A stretch of DNA of 64,000 bases from Armatimonadota bacterium (GCA_013178155.1 JABLXH010000015.1:4233-68232); one strand, 5' to 3'; shown: positions 18,584 through 28,872, counted from the first letter of the stretch. Notes: generated from the sequence alone by a model not told the origin. Numbers and translations are program-made.

Positions 18584-20929
18584 TCATTGCCCTGCAATGG
18601 GCGCGAAGGTGATGCTGATCTCTTCGTCGTGGTCGCCGAAGACGAAAGGCTGGCGGATGATCAGGGAGCTGTCATTGGCGTCCCTGGCGATGTAGAGGCC
18701 TCGGGGATTCGTAACGCACAGGCCCGGCGGAGCAGCGATGAACACACTACCCGTCTCGCCAGCCGGGCGCCTGGCGCGGCCGGCGAGGGTCATGCTGGCC
18801 GCGTCCCAGGTGATGCCACTGAGCTCCACCGCCCCCTGCCAGACGTGCATGTCCGTCCCCACGACCCACGGATGGTCAGTATACGCGCTGACGCGGTACA
18901 GTCTCGCCGATCGCGGCGGGACCACCGCCCGCAGCTCACCGGTGATGACGCCCAGGTACTGCTCGTTCCAAAACTCCCAGAGGCGGTACTGCCCGGCGAG
19001 GTCCAGACCCAGTCGCGCCAGAGCGACTGGCAGCACCAGCGGGTCATCGCCGTAGTTCAGGACGCCGAGCAACTCCCACTGGCCCCAGTCGGTGGCGACG
19101 TGTTGCCAAAAGAGCTTCGGGTAGTCGTTGGGGGCAAGCGATTCGAAGAGGTCCAGCGGCTTTGCGCAGTCCGTAGTGCGCGGAAACACCTTCCGGATCA
19201 GCGCCAGGCGCTCTTCCGAAATGGTGTCGAAGTCATCGCCCAGCATCACTGGTCCGCCGCCCAGGCCGAAGATGGTGGCCACGATCTGGGCCTCGCAGAC
19301 CGGGATGGGCTGGTCGAGGGTTAGCACGTTGCCCGAATCGTTAACATACAGCTTGCGGTGGGTAAAGTAGCTGCCGGCCATGTTGCTGGAAGCGTACTTG
19401 TGGGAGGTCCAGAAGTTGGCCGAGTTGATGACGAAGGTCGCCGGGTAGAAGTACGAGTTGGGATACAGCGCCCGGCCCTCGCCGTAATCGTTGCCCACTC
19501 GCGCGGCATTGATATAGCCCGTGTTCTGGAAGGTGGGACCACTGCTGGAAAGCAGATACGTGTCAGCCCCGGCCGCTTCGCGCACCACGGCGAGGCCCCG
19601 TCGCAGCACCGCCGGCCCCGGCGGTACGGACCGGTCATGGTACCCGTCATAGGGGAAGCCCTCGCACGACCCCGAGACCGCGTTCAGGAAGTCCACCATA
19701 TAGTAGCGGATGCCCCACTCGCGGTACGTGGCAAAGACGTTGGCCACAAACTCCTTGGTCCGCGGGTGGGTGGGGTCCAGCGAGTAGAGCTTCGGGCGCT
19801 GCCCGGGCGGCAGTTCGCCCGACTTGCCATATTGCCATTCGCCCCGGGAGACCACCGGCTCGCCACCGTAAGTCAGGAACATCTCCCGCATGGCGGCGAA
19901 GCGCTCCGGGTCGGCGTCGGTCAGCCAGAACGGGGCACACCAGAAGCCGAGCTTGAAGCCCAGCTTGCCGAGTTCGCTGACCAGATACCCGGGTCCACCG
20001 GGGAAGTTGCTGTAATCCCATTCCAGCCAGTTGCCGGGAAGTCCGTCCCGGATGTTACCGATGCTCACCCAGACGTACTCGATGTCATGCCCCGGCAGTC
20101 GCCGGCGAATGGCTCGGCAGTTGCGCAGGACGACATCCTCATACCGCTCGCAGTTGAAGGCATCCACCCAGGCCCAGCCCAGCCAGCCCCCCGTGCTCTT
20201 GGGCCAGACCGGCGGCCTGTAATGCGCCTGGACCCGGTCGGCCCAGCGTTCCAGCCCCATGAAGAAGTCGTCAGCGACCTCGATGGTCAGCGTCTCCGTG
20301 GCCACCCACTCGCCCGGGGGGAGCTTCCAGTCCTCGAAATCACAGACGCACTCAAGAGACGCGAAGCCGTCGGGGCCATAGCTGAAACGGTGCACCGTGG
20401 TCTGGCGGTCGAAGGTGGCAAACGCCAGGGTCAGGGCGCGCCGAGCCTCGTGGCTGACGACATGCAGGATCGTGCGGGCGAAGCCCTCACCGTCGTTACA
20501 GCGGTGCACCAACGCTGGGCCCGTGGCGCCCATGGACTTCAGGTACACGGCCTGCCCCACATCGCCCTGCAACGCGATTTCACCACGGTGCGCGGCGATG
20601 TGCAGCAGACGACAGGCGCCCAGCGCAATCGGCTGCGTCCCCCGGTTGGTGATGCTGGACGTCACGGTCACTGTCCGCGCGTCGGCGGAGCGAGTGACGC
20701 TCAGTTGCCAGTCCAACTCGGCCATCCAGTAGTGGATGTGCAGTTCGCCTCCGTCAGGCCCAATGGCGCCGTCAACCGAGGCTTGCTCCAGGGACAGGTC
20801 ACGGCCGTCGGCCTGCAAAGAGACCTGGGCCGCGAGAGACACGCGACCATCGGCAGAGGCGATCCGCAGAAGACGCTTCACCGCGTCGAGTTCCAGTGGG
20901 GCCCAGGTGTCAGCGGCGACTTCAGTCAT
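18584..20929 (-). CDS. Alpha-galactosidase-like glycoside hydrolase (GH36/GH27 clan D)
   Basis: FPGG, GFKLGFWCAPF, LDPTHP, WGIRYYMVDF, ARVGND, YVNDSG, GGPVMLGDD; start MTEVAAD overlaps upstream stop (ATGA). Confidence 0.75.
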   Translation of the reverse strand: MTEVAADTWAPLELDAVKRLLRIASADGRVSLAAQVSLQADGRDLSLEQASVDGAIGPDGGELHIHYWMAELDWQLSVTRSADARTVTVTSSITNRGTQPIALGACRLLHIAAHRGEIALQGDVGQAVYLKSMGATGPALVHRCNDGEGFARTILHVVSHEARRALTLAFATFDRQTTVHRFSYGPDGFASLECVCDFEDWKLPPGEWVATETLTIEVADDFFMGLERWADRVQAHYRPPVWPKSTGGWLGWAWVDAFNCERYEDVVLRNCRAIRRRLPGHDIEYVWVSIGNIRDGLPGNWLEWDYSNFPGGPGYLVSELGKLGFKLGFWCAPFWLTDADPERFAAMREMFLTYGGEPVVSRGEWQYGKSGELPPGQRPKLYSLDPTHPRTKEFVANVFATYREWGIRYYMVDFLNAVSGSCEGFPYDGYHDRSVPPGPAVLRRGLAVVREAAGADTYLLSSSGPTFQNTGYINAARVGNDYGEGRALYPNSYFYPATFVINSANFWTSHKYASSNMAGSYFTHRKLYVNDSGNVLTLDQPIPVCEAQIVATIFGLGGGPVMLGDDFDTISEERLALIRKVFPRTTDCAKPLDLFESLAPNDYPKLFWQHVATDWGQWELLGVLNYGDDPLVLPVALARLGLDLAGQYRLWEFWNEQYLGVITGELRAVVPPRSARLYRVSAYTDHPWVVGTDMHVWQGAVELSGITWDAASMTLAGRARRPAGETGSVFIAAPPGLCVTNPRGLYIARDANDSSLIIRQPFVFGDHDEEISITFAPIAGQ

Positions 20930-21513
20930 CGGTTTGGCTCCTCGCTGCCGGCGGGCGGACGGTCTGCCCTGACCCAGTTCCGCCGCTGCCAGAGGTAACG
21001 CGTGTCCTCGTCCACGCGCGGCGCCGCCGCCAGCAGCACGATTCCTTCGAGCAGGGCGTAGGTCAGCGTGCCGAAGGTGATCCACATGGCGACCACCTTC
21101 ACCCCGAAGGTGAAGGTGTAGAGCAAGAAGGCCGCCAGGATCCAGGCCGTGGCCTTGTTCGCATACGTGTGCAGCGGTGCGCGGCGACGATACTGCAAGA
21201 TCATTGAGACGGCAAACAGCGCGAACAGCAGCGCGATGAGGTACCAGTAGTGGGTGTAGAGCTCGCGCCGGAGCAGATACACCCACCCCAACATCGAGAC
21301 CTGCACCGAGTTGTCGGCGACGCTGTCCAGCTTGGCACCGAACTTGCTCTCGCCGCCGAACCTGCGGGCGATGGCCCCATCAATGGCGTCAGTGAACCAG
21401 GTGAAGGCCAGCGCGCCCGCAAACCACGCGTGGCTGCCCATGAGGGCGATGACCCACAAGGCCGGGATCATCGCGATGCGGATCACACACAGGGCGTTCG
21501 GTACGTGCTTCAT
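20926..21513 (-). CDS. CDP-alcohol phosphatidyltransferase family protein
   Basis: PNALCVIR and TDAIDGAIARRFGGESKFGAKLDSVAD signature; hydrophobic. Confidence 0.92.
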   Translation of the reverse strand: MKHVPNALCVIRIAMIPALWVIALMGSHAWFAGALAFTWFTDAIDGAIARRFGGESKFGAKLDSVADNSVQVSMLGWVYLLRRELYTHYWYLIALLFALFAVSMILQYRRRAPLHTYANKATAWILAAFLLYTFTFGVKVVAMWITFGTLTYALLEGIVLLAAAPRVDEDTRYLWQRRNWVRADRPPAGSEEPNR

Positions 21514-21638
21514 GACGCACCTCGGCTGCGTGACGCCCAGGACTGTCCAGCAATCGCCACTGCACGGCGGGTGCCACAGCCAGCTTCGCTGGCAGTGCGG
21601 CCGTCACGTCCAGGAGGCCTGGCCGTGTCACCCCCTCC

Positions 21639-22769
21639 TCAGGGCCGGGGGCGGCTGGTGCGCAGAATCACAGCGTTCAGCGGCGGGTGGCGGTTGGCAG
21701 CCAGCAGAAAGAGCTCGCCACCCACTTCCAGCAGGTAATCGCACATGAACTCCTCCCCGGACCGGGCGGGAATGTCCAGGCGCGAGAAGGCCCGACGGCG
21801 CGGGTCAAAGACCGTGAGGGTGCCCAGGAAATGGTGTGGCTGGCCGTCAATGGAGTCCGTCCCGCCGATCCAGGTGGAGTGCACAAAGTAGAACAGTCCC
21901 CGGTAGTACCAGCCGCCGCTGACGTAGCCGAACCACTCGCCATACCCCGGCACCGGGATAGGCTCCTCCCAGACGCCGTCGGCGACCCGAAAGGGGATGA
22001 TGCGGCCATTGAGGTGGTCGGCCACATACAACCGCCCATCTACCACCTCGTTCGAGGGGGTCGGGGTGGTGTTGGGGTAAGGGCACTTCCAGTGGCCGGT
22101 CCACTGCCGGGCCTTGACGTCGAACCGCACCAGGTCGTTGCCCGTGTAGGTGCTGCCCCAGACCTCTCCCCGGCCATCGTCCAGGAAGGTCATGTACAGG
22201 TCGCCGGACAGCGTGTAAGGGCAGACGAAGGCCTCGCCCTGATGTCGCGCCGGGTCCCACTCAATGACCGCCCCGCCCTGACCCTCCTTGCCACAGGTAT
22301 ACAGGTAGACGCGCGCGCGCCGGGGTGAGGCGAAGCCGCCGTAGATGTGCTCAGCCCGTGCCGGGGCAGCGTACCTGGCGATGGTCCGTGTGTCCTGGTC
22401 ATAGACCAGCAGGTAGTCCTTGTCAGGCACGCAGAGATAGACCTCGCTGCCGTACGCTACCGGCCACAGGTGCCCGCTCCATGGCTCGTCCGGTTCCAGT
22501 TCCCTGAGCTGGAGGCGCTCCAGCTCGCCGGTGGCGGTGGCATAGCGCCAGAGGGTCCAGTCCACGATGGGCGTGGTCCAGATGTTCCCGCGCGTGTCGG
22601 CCGACGGCTCATGAAGGCGTCCAGGGGTCGGCCCGACATCGTGCCGAAAGAAGACTGGCCCGCGCACCTCGCCGCGCGGGGTGGCGGTCAGCAGTCCCTC
22701 GTTGGCCATAGCGGTTACCCCGAGCGAGAGCACGCCAAGCATCGCGAAAGCGGCACGCAGAATGTGCAC
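21639..22769 (-). CDS. Secreted hypothetical beta-propeller protein
   Basis: Signal peptide; repeated beta-blade units (GNIW..LWRY, LLVYD, VWGSTY..LVRFD, LYVAD, LTVFD). Confidence 0.55.
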   Translation of the reverse strand: MHILRAAFAMLGVLSLGVTAMANEGLLTATPRGEVRGPVFFRHDVGPTPGRLHEPSADTRGNIWTTPIVDWTLWRYATATGELERLQLRELEPDEPWSGHLWPVAYGSEVYLCVPDKDYLLVYDQDTRTIARYAAPARAEHIYGGFASPRRARVYLYTCGKEGQGGAVIEWDPARHQGEAFVCPYTLSGDLYMTFLDDGRGEVWGSTYTGNDLVRFDVKARQWTGHWKCPYPNTTPTPSNEVVDGRLYVADHLNGRIIPFRVADGVWEEPIPVPGYGEWFGYVSGGWYYRGLFYFVHSTWIGGTDSIDGQPHHFLGTLTVFDPRRRAFSRLDIPARSGEEFMCDYLLEVGGELFLLAANRHPPLNAVILRTSRPRP

Positions 22770-22770
22770 C

Positions 22771-23712
22771 TCAGAAATGGATCTTCCCGATCTTCAGGCG
22801 GGCCGAGCGGGTCATGTTGACCATCAGGGCCGCCGTGGCGATGGAGTAGAGCTTGGCCTGGGCCGAATCGGCTCGCGAGGTCAGCACCACCGGCGCCAGC
22901 GCCCCGACCAGTACGCCCGCCACATTGCCACCGGCCAGGAAGGCAAAGGACTTGGCCAGGATGTTGCCGCTCTCGATGTCGGGGCAGACCAGGATGTCGC
23001 ACTTCCCGCCAATCTCGCTCTTAATGCCCTTGACCTGGGCCGCCAGCTCATCCACGGCGTTGTCGAGGGCAAAGGGTCCGTCCACGGTGCAGTTGGGGAA
23101 CTGCCCGCGCGTCTCCATGGTCGCCAGAGCCGCGGCGTCCAGCGTCGCCGGCATCTTCGGGTCCACCAGCTCCACCGCTGCCAGAATGCCCACCGCCGGG
23201 CACTCCAGCCCGAACACGTTGGCCAGGTAGACCGCGTTCATGATGATGTCAGCCTTGGTCACGAGGTCCGGGGCAATGTTCATGGCCCCGTCCGTGACGA
23301 AAGTGAACTTGCCCCTTGCGGTAGTCTCCAGGATGAAGACATGGCTCATGATGCTGCCCGTGCGCAGGCCCTTCTCCTTGTCCAGGATGGCGCGCAGGAA
23401 GTCGTCGGTGTGGATGTGGCCCTTCATGAGGATGTCTGCGCGCCCCTCACGCACCGCCAGGACGGCGCTCGCGGCGGCCTTCAGGTCGTCGGCCTCATCA
23501 TGGATTTCGGCAGTACTGAGGTCCAGGCCCACCTTTGCTGCCTTGGCCTCGATCTCCGCCCCGCAGCCAAAGAGCAGCGGCCGGGCGATGTTGGCTGCCA
23601 CGGCATCCCGCACCGATTCCAGTACACTCTCCTTCTCGGCGACCGCCACGGCGACCGTCCGCACCGGCTCCTGGCGCGTGGCCGCAATGACCTGCTCGAA
23701 AGTCGTCAGCAT
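22771..23712 (-). CDS. ptb: Phosphate butyryltransferase / phosphate acyltransferase (PTA/PTB family)
   Basis: ADILMKG, TDGAMNIAP, DGPFALDNA, CPDIESGNILAK, PVVLTSRADS. Confidence 0.85.
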   Translation of the reverse strand: MLTTFEQVIAATRQEPVRTVAVAVAEKESVLESVRDAVAANIARPLLFGCGAEIEAKAAKVGLDLSTAEIHDEADDLKAAASAVLAVREGRADILMKGHIHTDDFLRAILDKEKGLRTGSIMSHVFILETTARGKFTFVTDGAMNIAPDLVTKADIIMNAVYLANVFGLECPAVGILAAVELVDPKMPATLDAAALATMETRGQFPNCTVDGPFALDNAVDELAAQVKGIKSEIGGKCDILVCPDIESGNILAKSFAFLAGGNVAGVLVGALAPVVLTSRADSAQAKLYSIATAALMVNMTRSARLKIGKIHF

Positions 23713-23728
23713 GTGTGCCTCCGGTATC

Positions 23729-24835
23729 TCAGGTGTTCCGTCCGCGCGCCGCGATGCGCCAGACATCGCGCACCACCCCGTCCTGCGCGACTACCATCCA
23801 GTCATACAGGTTCAGGCAGGTGCAGATCCGTGGCGGGATGATGCGGACCTTGTCGGCGACCCGCAGCGACCCGGCGCGCGCGTCCAGATAGCCGTGTTCA
23901 TCATTGATCTTCACCACGCTGGCCTCGGGCGGGTCCACCAGCCAGCCATAGCCCTCCGTCAGTTTCCCCACCTGCTGGTCCAGGGCCTTGGTCCCAGCGT
24001 CCAGGATCGCGCGATCGGGGGCAGGGCGGCTGATGACCGTGGCCAGCACCGTCGCCGCCACCTGCTCACGGGTACAGGTGCCCAGGTCCACCTGGTTGTG
24101 GTCGTTGAGACAATACGTCCCGGAGCGGATCTCCGTGAGGCCGCAGCCCGGCTCATAGCACGGCCCGGACGGCGTCGAGCCGCCGCTGACTCGCGCAATG
24201 TCATGGCCGTCAGCCCGCAGCTCCTGGGCGAGGGCGGCCAGCTCCGCGGCTTCCTGGCGGCAGAAGGCCCGACGCTGCTCCAGGTCCCCTACGTACGACC
24301 GCGCCGCATAGGCCATCAGGCCCACGAGACGCAGCCCGGGCAGGACGGCCAGTTCGCGGGCGAAGGGCACGACACGCTCTGGAAGCACGCCGCAGCGGGC
24401 TGCGCCGGTGTCCACCTCGATGAGCACATCAAGGGTCAGCCCCGCCGCCGCGCAGGCGGCACCGATGGGCCGGGCGACCTCCAGGCTGTCTACCGCCACC
24501 GACAGCTTCGGCACGCGCCGCGCCAGGGCCACCAGCCGCCGCACCTTCGTCTCGCCCACGATCTGGTTAGCGATGAAGATGTCCTCGATGCCCGCGGTCG
24601 CCATGACCTCGGCCTCGCCGAGCTTGGCACAGGTTACCCCGACGGCCCCCAGGCGAAGCTGCAGGTGGGCGATCTCCGGCGTCTTGTGGGCCTTGATGTG
24701 GGGCCGAAGCTGCAGCCCCGCGGCATCTGCCGCCCTCTGCAGTCGCGTCAGGTTGTCCAGGAGGATGTCGTAGTCCACCACCAGCGCCGGGGTGTCTACG
24801 GCGTCAAGGGGTTGACCGGGAAGGGGTAGCAGCAT
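23729..24835 (-). CDS. D-threonine aldolase / DSD1-like fold-type III PLP enzyme
   Basis: DTPALVVD, LRPHIKAHK, CAKLGEAE, EVDTG..RCG, GGSTP, EIRSGTY, DAGTK, DEHG; GGAGG RBS. Confidence 0.88.
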   Translation of the reverse strand: MLLPLPGQPLDAVDTPALVVDYDILLDNLTRLQRAADAAGLQLRPHIKAHKTPEIAHLQLRLGAVGVTCAKLGEAEVMATAGIEDIFIANQIVGETKVRRLVALARRVPKLSVAVDSLEVARPIGAACAAAGLTLDVLIEVDTGAARCGVLPERVVPFARELAVLPGLRLVGLMAYAARSYVGDLEQRRAFCRQEAAELAALAQELRADGHDIARVSGGSTPSGPCYEPGCGLTEIRSGTYCLNDHNQVDLGTCTREQVAATVLATVISRPAPDRAILDAGTKALDQQVGKLTEGYGWLVDPPEASVVKINDEHGYLDARAGSLRVADKVRIIPPRICTCLNLYDWMVVAQDGVVRDVWRIAARGRNT

Positions 24836-24870
24836 CCGTAGCCTCCGGTAGCCGTTTCGGCAGGGCAGCA

Positions 24871-24902
24871 CAGGCCCACCTCGGCGAACCGAGGTGGGCC
24901 TG
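24871..24902. terminator. Perfect 14-bp hairpin (terminator or mRNA-stabilising stem)
   Basis: caggcccacctcgg-cgaa-ccgaggtgggcctg (TTCG loop on minus strand) between two minus-strand genes; no U-tract. Confidence 0.55.
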
Positions 24903-24928
24903 CAAGGCGGGCAAGCTCTGCGGCCTCC

Positions 24929-25560
24929 CTAGCGGTTGGTGGCAGCCTGAATCAGCCAGCTCACGACGTTCAGAGCGATGCTGACCAGGAAGATGATCAG
25001 GCCCCACAGGTTCCAGGCCTTCATGGTCTCCTGGAACTGCTGGAGGCTGTCAAAGCGACGGTTCTGCCAGGCCAGTTTGTGCCCGCTGATGCCCAGCCAG
25101 ATGGCGATGAAGATGTTCACGCAGGGGATCAGCGCCAGCAGGCCGATCCAGGTCTTGTTGGCAATGGCCCAGATCCAGTTGAGGCCAAAGCCGCCCCAAC
25201 TCCAGCCCATTGCCTCGACCTCGGGCGGTACGGCGGCCGCCGGCCCCCCGCCGGAGGTGTTGCCAACGGCGTAGCCGGGTGTGGCGGCCGGAGGGCCGTA
25301 GGTCGGAGGAGCGGTGACTGGCTGGGTCGGGGGGCGTAGGCGGGAGGCTGGGCTGGTTGGGCGGCTGGTGGCGTCGCTGGCATGGCGGCGGGCGGGGCGG
25401 CGGGTGCGGGCTCACCAAAGACCTCCGGCAGCATCTGGTCTACCATGGCGGCATCCCAGCCCCCGCTGATAAGGCCCTCCCGCACCTGCTCATAGGACAT
25501 CCCGGCAGCTTTGGCTTTCTCGACGTAGTCGGTCAGCGCGGCGCGATGCTCGTCGCTCAT
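24929..25560 (-). pseudogene. Pro-rich-linker membrane protein split by a 1-nt frameshift (real or sequencing error)
   Basis: ORFs 25129..25560 and 24929..25210 join if the G6 run at 25329-25334 gains one base, giving ..PPAYAPPTQPVTAPPTYGPPAATPGYAVGNTSGGG..VPPEVEAMGWSWGGFGLNWIW.. Confidence 0.7.
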
Positions 25561-25616
25561 CTGCCATCTCCTTTCATGCGGGCCCGCAGGCCTGCCTTGG
25601 GGAATGCGACCTCGTC

Positions 25617-26897
25617 TCAGCTCTGTCTGATGTCCGACTGTTGCTCTCCACCCCCTGCCTCCCCCGGCGGCAGGTGCACGAACTCTAACTTCGCCACGAG
25701 CACCGTAGTCGCCTGCTCACTGACCGGCAGGCGCTTCAGCCGCAGGCACGGTCGCTGGCTCTCGTGCTCGCTGGGAAGCAGGTCTACCGCCCACTGGACC
25801 GGCTCCCCTGTGTTCAGCATTATAGCAGACTTCGGTTCGATTGCCAGAGGCTTGAGCTTGACGGCGTCACAGACCGGATCGCCCACCAGGTGCACATAGA
25901 GCGTGTTGCCCCTTCGCGTCAGCAGCACGTCCCGGTTGTCCGTCAGATGAGAGCACGGCTCGACGTCCACCAGGGCCTCCCTCACTCGCGCGTACCAGTC
26001 TCCGAGTCGCCGCAGCACCGCCCGTGCCCTGGTCGGGATGAGGCCCTGGGCTGTGGGCCCCACGTTCAGCAGGTAGTTGGCTCCCCGGGCCAGGTACCTG
26101 GTCATGCTGCGCTGCAGGTGCCGGTCCGTGTAGTAATCCTCGTCCTCACGATACCCCCAGCTCTCCACGCCCACTGACTGGCAGGCTTCGGTGGGTCGGT
26201 CGAAGGGCTGGGCTGGGTCGCCCTCCGTACCTGACTCGCGCTCGGGCGTGCCGAAGTCGCCCTCGTCAAAGCCCCGGTTATTGATGACCGCCGCCGGCTG
26301 CAACTCGCGGATCATGGCGTTGACCGAGGGGTCCCCGTGCTCGGGCACATTCATGTCCCACCAGAAGGCATGGATGGGCCCGTAGTTGGTGCACAGCTCT
26401 CGCACCTGCCCGCGCAAGAAATCCATGTAGGCGTCCCAGTCGGGTTGGTCGCCGGGCTTGGGACGGGGCAGTTCGTGGTGGCGGCCCTGGTTGGGGTAGT
26501 TCGGGTGGTGCCAGTCAACGATGGAGTAGTACAGTCCGAGCGGGAAGTCCCTGCGGTGGCAAGCCTCGGCCAGCATCCCCACGATGTCGCGCCCGTAGGG
26601 TGTGTGCATCGTGTTGTAGTCGGTCAGCTTCGTGTCCCACAGGCAGAAGCCGTCGTGGTGCTTGGTGGTGAAGACGAGGTACTCCATCCCCACCTCCTCC
26701 GCGAGGTCCAGCCACTCTTCCGGATCGAAGGCCGTGGGATTCCACTGCTCGCGCAGGTTCTGGTACTCCACGGCGGGCACCCGCCGGCGCCACTGCTCCT
26801 GCTCGTGCCAGCCGTGCAGAGCATACAGCCCCCAGTGAATGAAGAGCCCAAAGCGCTTCCGGAAGAACCAGTCGCGGGCATCACCGAAGCGACGCAT
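25617..26897 (-). CDS. Alpha-L-fucosidase (GH29)
   Basis: RFGLFIHWGLY, FDPEEW, TTKHHDGFCLWDT, LYYSIVDWHHP, WWD, INNR, NYLLNVGP. Confidence 0.93.
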   Translation of the reverse strand: MRRFGDARDWFFRKRFGLFIHWGLYALHGWHEQEQWRRRVPAVEYQNLREQWNPTAFDPEEWLDLAEEVGMEYLVFTTKHHDGFCLWDTKLTDYNTMHTPYGRDIVGMLAEACHRRDFPLGLYYSIVDWHHPNYPNQGRHHELPRPKPGDQPDWDAYMDFLRGQVRELCTNYGPIHAFWWDMNVPEHGDPSVNAMIRELQPAAVINNRGFDEGDFGTPERESGTEGDPAQPFDRPTEACQSVGVESWGYREDEDYYTDRHLQRSMTRYLARGANYLLNVGPTAQGLIPTRARAVLRRLGDWYARVREALVDVEPCSHLTDNRDVLLTRRGNTLYVHLVGDPVCDAVKLKPLAIEPKSAIMLNTGEPVQWAVDLLPSEHESQRPCLRLKRLPVSEQATTVLVAKLEFVHLPPGEAGGGEQQSDIRQS

Positions 26898-27090
26898 CTT
26901 GTCACCTCGCAAGCAGGGGGCACAGCATATCGCCCTAGGGAGGGGCGTCACCATTTCATTGCCCCCGCACTCTGCACCTGCCCGGTATTCCGCAGGAACA
27001 AAGGAGGAAGAACAGGCGTCGATGAGGAAGAAACCAACCGTGATCGTGACCGCGGACCTTGACAATAGCTGAAAGGAGTGACGTACAGGC

Positions 27091-27744
27091 ATGAGTCGCA
27101 GAGGCTTCACTTTGATCGAGCTTCTGGTAGTGATCGCCATCATCGCCATTCTCGCGGCCATCTTGTTCCCAGTGTTCGCGAAGGCTCGCGAGAAGGCAAG
27201 GCAGGCATCCTGTGCCTCCAACGTCAAGCAGATCTCACTCGGCTTGCTCATGTACGCGCAAGACTACGACGACCGCTTCATGAACGTTCGCCAGGGACCA
27301 GGGGGTTGGGTGCAAAACGTCCAGCCCTACACCAAGAACTGGCAGCTATTCACCTGTCCCAGCATTGACGCCTACCTGCGGACCTGTGGCCCGGCCACGA
27401 GCCACGGCAACGCCGCCGCGGCGCCGGCCTCCAATCCGTTGGGAGTGGGGGTCTTTGAGGGCGGTTACATGATGTGTGGCTGGGAGATCTGCTGCTGGCC
27501 CGGCCCCAAGCTCTCGGTGTTCTCTCGTCCGGCCGAGACCTATCTGATTGTCGAGGGGGACTGCATGGGAGCCTACTGGGGCGCCTTTGTCACCGATGGC
27601 GCGCCGTGGAGCCACCACAAGTACCGCCACAACGACGGCCTGAATGTGGGCTATGTTGACGGGCACGTCAAGTGGACCAACAAGACCAAGGCCGAGTACA
27701 ACACGACGAATGGTGTCGTGAACTACTCGCTGCCAGGGTACTAG
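27091..27744 (+). CDS. Prepilin-type N-terminal cleavage/methylation protein, DUF1559 with H-X9-DG motif
   Basis: [43 protein letters not shown]; C-terminal [17 protein letters not shown]; AAGGAG RBS. Confidence 0.93.
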   Translation: MSRRGFTLIELLVVIAIIAILAAILFPVFAKAREKARQASCASNVKQISLGLLMYAQDYDDRFMNVRQGPGGWVQNVQPYTKNWQLFTCPSIDAYLRTCGPATSHGNAAAAPASNPLGVGVFEGGYMMCGWEICCWPGPKLSVFSRPAETYLIVEGDCMGAYWGAFVTDGAPWSHHKYRHNDGLNVGYVDGHVKWTNKTKAEYNTTNGVVNYSLPGY

Positions 27745-27795
27745 TCAGACTTAAGACGTATGCCGACTGCCGTGACGACACGCGGGCACGATCAC

Positions 27796-27828
27796 CAACG
27801 CCGCGAGGGAGCTACCCTCGCGGCGTTG
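27796..27828. terminator. Hairpin between convergent genes (putative bidirectional terminator)
   Basis: caacgccgcgaggg-agcta-ccctcgcggcgttg, perfect 14-bp stem. Confidence 0.65.
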
Positions 27829-27849
27829 TACTTCGCCCCGAACTATGCC

Positions 27850-28800
27850 CTAACGTACCAGGCCGCGCAGATACCGCGCATAGCCTTCGTACAGCTCGCG
27901 TTGCGCTGGACCGCGCTGCGGGCTCATGTAGTGGCTGAACTCAAAGATGACAAAGCGCTGCACATGCGGCTGCTGCCCGCGTAGTTGCTCGATGACCTCG
28001 GCGATAGGTGCGGGTGACCACTGGCGGGGGATGCGGAAGACCTCCAGGTCCGACCAGAAACGCGTGTTGCTGGCCCGGCAGGCCTCGGCCATGGCTGCGA
28101 AGTAGGGCACCACGTTCTCCGGCGTGAGGTCGCGGTCGCAGCCGACGCCGTCCTGCAGCATCAGGATGTCCACCTTGACCTTCGCCAGGATCTTGGTCCA
28201 GGCCTCGCGGAAGGCCTCCGGAGTCGGCTGCAGGCCGAAGTAGGGGGCGATGCCCACGGGCTTGCCGGGCGTGCGGGCATGGCACCAGGCGGCCGTGGCG
28301 GCGTAGGTCTTGACCACCGGGCTGGTGATATGGGGGCAGTTGGAGGCCTCCTGGGGAATGTACCAACCGTAGAAGGCCGGGCAGTCACCGTACCGCGCCA
28401 GTAGCTCCTCGGCCATGCGGAGGTTGGCCTCGGTCATCTTCTCGGCCGTGCCCCAACCGCTATGTAGCCCCAGAAAGACCCGCATCCGCCGCTGCGCCGC
28501 CTGGTCCAGGACGGTCCGCACGGCATCGGTCTCCGCTGCGCCGGGGAAAGGCTCGAAGGCCTGCGAGGGGTAGAAGGCCTTCCCATCAGCTCCACAGTAC
28601 TGGATGAGGATGATCTCCAGCCCCACGTCCCGCATGGAGTTGAGTTCCTGGCTCCACTGCTCCTCCGTCCATGCCAGCATGGCGCCATTCAGTTGCAGAA
28701 ACGTCCCCTCAAAGCGCGGCGGCGCGGCAGCGGCTTGCGAGGTCAAGGCAATCACCCCGAGGGAGAGGAGGAGTAGGATGGTTCTGTGATGGGTGGGCAT
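27850..28800 (-). CDS. Secreted DUF4434-domain protein (putative glycoside hydrolase)
   Basis: Signal peptide; GTFLQ, W..EL..M..VG...IILQ, FYGWYIPQE, LMLQDGVG, WSDLEVF, FEFSHYMSP. Confidence 0.8.
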   Translation of the reverse strand: MPTHHRTILLLLSLGVIALTSQAAAAPPRFEGTFLQLNGAMLAWTEEQWSQELNSMRDVGLEIILIQYCGADGKAFYPSQAFEPFPGAAETDAVRTVLDQAAQRRMRVFLGLHSGWGTAEKMTEANLRMAEELLARYGDCPAFYGWYIPQEASNCPHITSPVVKTYAATAAWCHARTPGKPVGIAPYFGLQPTPEAFREAWTKILAKVKVDILMLQDGVGCDRDLTPENVVPYFAAMAEACRASNTRFWSDLEVFRIPRQWSPAPIAEVIEQLRGQQPHVQRFVIFEFSHYMSPQRGPAQRELYEGYARYLRGLVR

Positions 28801-28872
28801 GGTGCAGAGCCTTGGGCTGACGAACGCGGGACGACCCGTCCCTGCCAACGGCGTCCGCAGTGGCTGGAGGTA

